Assembly (NCBI RefSeq): GCF_001457595.1
Contig: NZ_LN831039.1
Span: 4,080,001-4,112,000, forward strand
Source of the DNA: Mycolicibacterium smegmatis
GTDB taxonomy: Bacteria; Actinomycetota; Actinomycetes; Mycobacteriales; Mycobacteriaceae
Direction: 5' to 3'
Length of the DNA stretch: 32,000 nt
Under the pieces are notes generated by a model. It made no database searches. It saw only the letters and a list, made by a program, of their open reading frames with translations, and was not told the DNA's origin. Within the stretch, counting starts at the first letter, position 1, and every line of letters starts with the position of its first letter. Position numbers and translations under genes: made by a program. This document shows positions 27,369 through 32,000 of the stretch, one piece after another.

Positions 27369-27926
27369 TCAGGGCATGGTCTGGCAGAACCGGATCGTGT
27401 TGGAGAACGGGTCGACGACTTCGATGGTCGGCCCACCTGGGAAGTCATCCTCGACGCCAGGGTTCAGACGCCCGTATCCGGTGGCCTGCAGTTCAGCGTG
27501 CAAGGCCCTGACGTCGCCGACCGGCACCCACACCGTCGAACCGGGAGTGCCGTCGCCGTGATGCTCGGACAGGTCCAGGACGAACTGATCGCGGCGCAAC
27601 CGCATGTACAGGAGCGAGTCGGCATGGTCGAAGCGGTGCTCCCATTCGACGCTGAAATGCAGATAGTCGATGTAGAACTCGCGCGCCCGCGTCTCGTCGA
27701 AGCTGCGCAGCACCGGGACCGGAACGCCGACATCTCGGCGGGCGGGCAACCGCGCCGACGCGGTACTCCAGTCTTGAAAACCGAGTTGCCGCGCGACAAT
27801 CTCCAGCGCCCTGGCATGTGTGAGTTCGGCATCGGGGAGTTGATCCCGGAGCACCCGGACAGCGCGTTCGGCGTCCTCGACGGTCAGGTCCATCACATCA
27901 CCCACATTCCCTGCGCCGGTACACAA
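27369..27926 (-). CDS. Glyoxalase/bleomycin-resistance-fold protein with N-terminal glyoxalase-associated helix domain
   Basis: 185 aa. N-terminal LTHARALEIVARQLGFQDWSTASARL; VOC-like PVPVLRSFDETRAREFYIDYLHFSVEWEHRF...PTIEVVDPFSNTIRFCQT. Start may be slightly internal. Confidence 0.8.
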   Translation of the reverse strand: MCTGAGNVGDVMDLTVEDAERAVRVLRDQLPDAELTHARALEIVARQLGFQDWSTASARLPARRDVGVPVPVLRSFDETRAREFYIDYLHFSVEWEHRFDHADSLLYMRLRRDQFVLDLSEHHGDGTPGSTVWVPVGDVRALHAELQATGYGRLNPGVEDDFPGGPTIEVVDPFSNTIRFCQTMP

Positions 27927-28060
27927 TTCAGCATCCGCGTCGACCGATGGACACCGTGGCTCACGCCCAGACGCTACGGGCTGCAGATATGGGTTTCAAC
28001 CACGCGGCGGACATGAAACTGCACCCGTCCCGTTCGATAGGCTTTAAACACATACCCCGT

Positions 28061-28083
28061 ATGCTGAATGCAACACTCAGCAT
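28061..28083. promoter_or_regulatory. Inverted repeat ATGCTGA-N9-TCAGCAT, candidate autoregulatory operator upstream of the GntR gene
   Basis: Perfect 7-bp arms 28061-28067 and 28077-28083, immediately upstream of the SD AAAGGAG and GTG 28100. Confidence 0.55.
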
Positions 28084-28099
28084 GCGAAAGGAGCGGTGC

Positions 28100-28789
28100 G
28101 TGCCCTTCGAACCAGTGCAGCGCCCGGCCGGCCTCAGCGATCTGGCCTATGAGCAGCTCCGTTCCCGCATTCTCGACGGCGACTTCCCGGCCGAAGGCCG
28201 GATGAGCGTGGTGTCGATCGCCGAACAACTGAAGATGAGCCGTAGTCCCGTCAGGGCCGCGGTCGAGCGTCTGGTGACCGAGGGTTTGCTGGTCGTGACC
28301 GCGGTGGGAATCGAACTCGCGCAACTCGACCACGTCGACCTGATCGACGGTCTGCGGGTGCGGTCCCGGCTGGAGGGACTCGCTGCGAGGCTCACCACCG
28401 ACCGCCTGACGGACGCCGATCTGGATCGTCTGCGCGAGAACCTGACCCAGTTCGACACGGCCGTGCGAGGCGGTGACACAGTCGCTGCGCGCAAGTTGGA
28501 TCTCGAATTCCACAGCACCATCCGCGACAGATGCGGCAACGGCCTGCTCATCGAGAATCTGCGACGTGTGCAGGCCCGGGTGATCGTGGCGACTTATATG
28601 ACCGCCTGGGTCCCGGCGCATGAGGTCGTGATCGACGAACACCGCACGATCCTCAAGGCTTTCGAAGCGCGCGACGCCGACGCCGCCGAGCATGCCGCGA
28701 TCGAGCATCTCGAGCGCCTCATCGAGCGGGTCGTCCACCACTTCGGCGGCCCCGACGGGACAGTCGGAACCAGCTCGTCCGTCCGCTAG
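28100..28789 (+). CDS. GntR-family transcriptional regulator (FadR/FCD-like)
   Basis: SD aaaggag at 28087-28093 then GTG 28100. LAYEQLRSRILDGDFPAEGRMSVVSIAEQLKMSRSPVRAAVERLVTEGLL wHTH; C-terminal FCD-like LRVRSRLEGLAARL...EFHSTIRDRCGN...HEVVIDEHRTILKAFEARDADAAEHAAIEHLE. ORF open from 27947. Confidence 0.88.
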   Translation: MPFEPVQRPAGLSDLAYEQLRSRILDGDFPAEGRMSVVSIAEQLKMSRSPVRAAVERLVTEGLLVVTAVGIELAQLDHVDLIDGLRVRSRLEGLAARLTTDRLTDADLDRLRENLTQFDTAVRGGDTVAARKLDLEFHSTIRDRCGNGLLIENLRRVQARVIVATYMTAWVPAHEVVIDEHRTILKAFEARDADAAEHAAIEHLERLIERVVHHFGGPDGTVGTSSSVR

Positions 28790-28849
28790 CGCACGTTCCC
28801 CACATTCGGGGCTGTGATTACTGGAACATCCGTTGGATTCATGTTGACG

Positions 28850-28888
28850 ATCCTGCATGCAGGATTCAGAATAGGCTGCATGCAGGAT
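28850..28888. promoter_or_regulatory. Perfect 16-bp palindrome ATCCTGCATGCAGGAT (28850-28865) plus a second related copy GCTGCATGCAGGAT (28875-28888)
   Basis: Direct reading; the two dyads are centred 23 bp apart, just upstream of the first TetR gene. Confidence 0.7.
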
Positions 28889-28921
28889 GCAGGAGTATTG
28901 ACGTGAAGGGGGGCCACCACG

Positions 28922-29518
28922 TTGGAAGGTCAGGACGCCTCGCGACATACGCGCAGAGACGCTGCGCGTAATCGCCGCCGCATTCTCGAAGCGGCGCGCG
29001 TGCTCGCGGACAAGGGCAAACCACTACAACTCAACGTCGTCGCACAACACGCACAGGTCGGTGTGGGCACCGTCTACCGCCACTTCCCCACCCCGGAAGC
29101 GCTTGTCGACGCACTCGCCGCAGACCAGTTCGCTTTTCTCATCGAGGAAGTCGACACCGCGCCCCGCACACTGCAGGGCCTCCGGAGCTTCCTCAAGGCC
29201 ACCTTGATGGTGTTCGTTCAGGACCACACCTTTGCGAGCGCCCTGATCAATCCTGTCACTGACGAGGTTCAGACCCAGCGTGGGCGTCTTCTCGACGGAA
29301 TTCGCACGCTGGTCAAGGGAACTGTCGCCGCCGACCGTTTGGCGTTGCTGGCGCTTGCGCCCTCTGACATCATGCTGTTGCTCTGCGGCGTCGGCTTCGC
29401 CGTTCGCCACACCCCCAACCGAGACGACCCGGCCTTGCTCGACCGCTACCTGAAGGCCTTGCTCGACGGGATACTTCCTCGGCATGCCGGGTGCGGCACA
29501 CCGGCGGCCGGACACTGA
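28922..29518 (+). CDS. TetR-family transcriptional regulator
   Basis: RRRILEAARVLADKGKPLQLNVVAQHAQVGVGTVYRHFPTPEALVDALAAD HTH. Proposed start TTG 28922; alternative starts possible. Confidence 0.85.
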   Translation: MEGQDASRHTRRDAARNRRRILEAARVLADKGKPLQLNVVAQHAQVGVGTVYRHFPTPEALVDALAADQFAFLIEEVDTAPRTLQGLRSFLKATLMVFVQDHTFASALINPVTDEVQTQRGRLLDGIRTLVKGTVAADRLALLALAPSDIMLLLCGVGFAVRHTPNRDDPALLDRYLKALLDGILPRHAGCGTPAAGH

Positions 29519-29550
29519 GAAACGGAAAAATCATCCACTAACATCGAGCG

Positions 29551-30144
29551 ATGGCATTGTGCAGTACGACCGCGCCGGTCGACCTGCGGAGCGACGGTAA
29601 ACGCAATCGGGACCGCATTCTCGAAGTGGCCCGCCACCACATCGCCGAGCGTCGCCTCGAGCTACCGATGAACGTCATCGCCCGCGAAGCCGGTGTTGGC
29701 GTGGGCACGGTGTATCGACACTTCCCCACCCGTCAGTCACTGTTGGAAACCGTTGCGGCCGATGGCTTCGGTGAGATCACGACGATCTCACGCAGAGCCG
29801 CTCACGAGCCCGATCCAGCCAAGTCACTCCGCAAACTTCTCGGTGGATCCGTGAAGTGCCTACACCGGTATCCCGGACTGGCACCCGTTCTGGAATCCCA
29901 GACGTTCGCATGTTCGGAAACTGTCGAGATGGCCGCCAGCGTAGGCCGATCCGTCGAGGCGGTCCTGAAGAAGGCGCGCAAAGCCGGGCTGGTGCGGGCC
30001 GGCGTGTCCGGCGACGACTTGCGCTGGCTGATCCTCGGCGTCCACCACGCGGCCTCGATCAACATCGCGGGGTCGGGACGCCACACCCGCTATCTCACGA
30101 TCGTGATGGACGGCCTTCGCCGGCCGGCGGTCGCAGACAGGTAA
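29551..30144 (+). CDS. TetR-family transcriptional regulator
   Basis: KRNRDRILEVARHHIAERRLELPMNVIAREAGVGVGTVYRHFPTRQSLLETVAADGF. Confidence 0.87.
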   Translation: MALCSTTAPVDLRSDGKRNRDRILEVARHHIAERRLELPMNVIAREAGVGVGTVYRHFPTRQSLLETVAADGFGEITTISRRAAHEPDPAKSLRKLLGGSVKCLHRYPGLAPVLESQTFACSETVEMAASVGRSVEAVLKKARKAGLVRAGVSGDDLRWLILGVHHAASINIAGSGRHTRYLTIVMDGLRRPAVADR

Positions 30145-30229
30145 ACAGATCGGGCGGTGCACCCGAAACGGATGCACCGTCCGATCCTTCGTTGACGACG
30201 ACGCGTTCCTCCAGTGATCTGGCGGGAAC

Positions 30230-31513
<1,284 letters not shown>

Positions 31514-31575
31514 TCAAGCATTACCAGATGATCATCACCGCCGCCGACCACGCTGTCAACGGGAGCCAGCGGATA

Positions 31576-31616
31576 GATCATCCGTTTAAATTGACGTAAA
31601 TAACGGATGGATGATC
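31576..31616. promoter_or_regulatory. AT-richer intergenic imperfect inverted repeat around CATCCGTTTA / TAACGGATG, candidate operator
   Basis: GATCATCCGTTTAAATTGACGTAAATAACGGATGGATGATC between divergent lactate monooxygenase and poxB-like genes. Confidence 0.5.
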
Positions 31617-31722
31617 CGGTTGTGCGACTCGATAAATTGTCACGCAGTGCCTAATTGACCAGCAGGCGTGAGCATTTGATCACGCCTCCACTTCCATTTG
31701 ACAGCGTGGATACGGTGACCGA

Positions 31723-32000
31723 GTGATAACTGTCGCTGATCACATCGTCTCGGTTTTGCGAATTAGCGGGGTGCGTCGTGTGTACGGGCTTCCGGGGGAC
31801 AGTCTCAATGGGTTCACTGATGCGATTCGTCGTAGTGGTGAGATCAGTTGGGAGCATGTGCGTCATGAGGAGACCGCGGCGTTCGCTGCGGCGGCGGATG
31901 CGGGGTTGACCGGGCAGTTGGCGGTGTGTGCGGGCTCGTGTGGTCCGGGGAATCTCCATCTGATCAACGGGTTGTTCGACGCGCAGCGCTCGCGGGTGCC
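31723..32000 (+). CDS. ThDP-dependent enzyme N-terminus, PoxB/acetolactate synthase-like, truncated by window end
   Basis: GTG ATA ACT GTC GCT GAT: [93 protein letters not shown]. Confidence 0.88.
   Translation, partial: MITVADHIVSVLRISGVRRVYGLPGDSLNGFTDAIRRSGEISWEHVRHEETAAFAAAADAGLTGQLAVCAGSCGPGNLHLINGLFDAQRSRV

Noticed and set aside
27974-28948. Minus-strand ORF (324 aa) opposite the GntR regulator
   Set aside because: The plus-strand GntR protein explains the region, with SD and HTH/FCD features; the reverse frame is uninformative.

Overview
High-GC actinobacterial window, very probably from Mycobacterium/Mycolicibacterium and close to M. smegmatis (inferred from remembered family sequences; no search was run). 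The left ~25.4 kb reads as a DosR/DevR dormancy (hypoxia) island. It contains: a 5'-truncated PEP synthase; a WS/DGAT acyltransferase; a long-form ribosome hibernation factor (RafH/HPF-like); five universal stress proteins (USPs); two small membrane proteins; a DosS-like two-GAF histidine kinase; a kinase/P-loop ATPase of the Rv2004c type; three Acg-type nitroreductases; a DosR-like regulator; a second WS/DGAT; a PfkB-type kinase; two tandem KAS III-like proteins; and a GH65 glycoside phosphorylase/hydrolase. About ten DosR-box-like palindromes (GGGAC-N5-GTCCC type) sit in the intergenic regions. The right ~6.6 kb carries a carboxymuconolactone decarboxylase (CMD) remnant, a 13E12/DUF222-HNH protein, a glyoxalase-fold protein, a GntR regulator, two tandem TetR regulators, lactate 2-monooxygenase and the start of a ThDP-dependent oxidase (PoxB-like). 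The most notable observations are: (1) overlapping KAS III-like genes, one with an intact Cys-His-Asn triad and the other apparently lacking all three residues, resembling a PqsB/PqsC-type heterodimer; (2) a DosS-like kinase whose expected haem-ligand His position is Leu; (3) a GH65 protein with a short N-terminal segment resembling an internally deleted trehalose-phosphatase domain; (4) a WS/DGAT with DHxxxDG instead of HHxxxDG; and (5) strong unassigned palindromes next to the GntR/TetR genes and in the lactate monooxygenase/poxB-like intergenic region.
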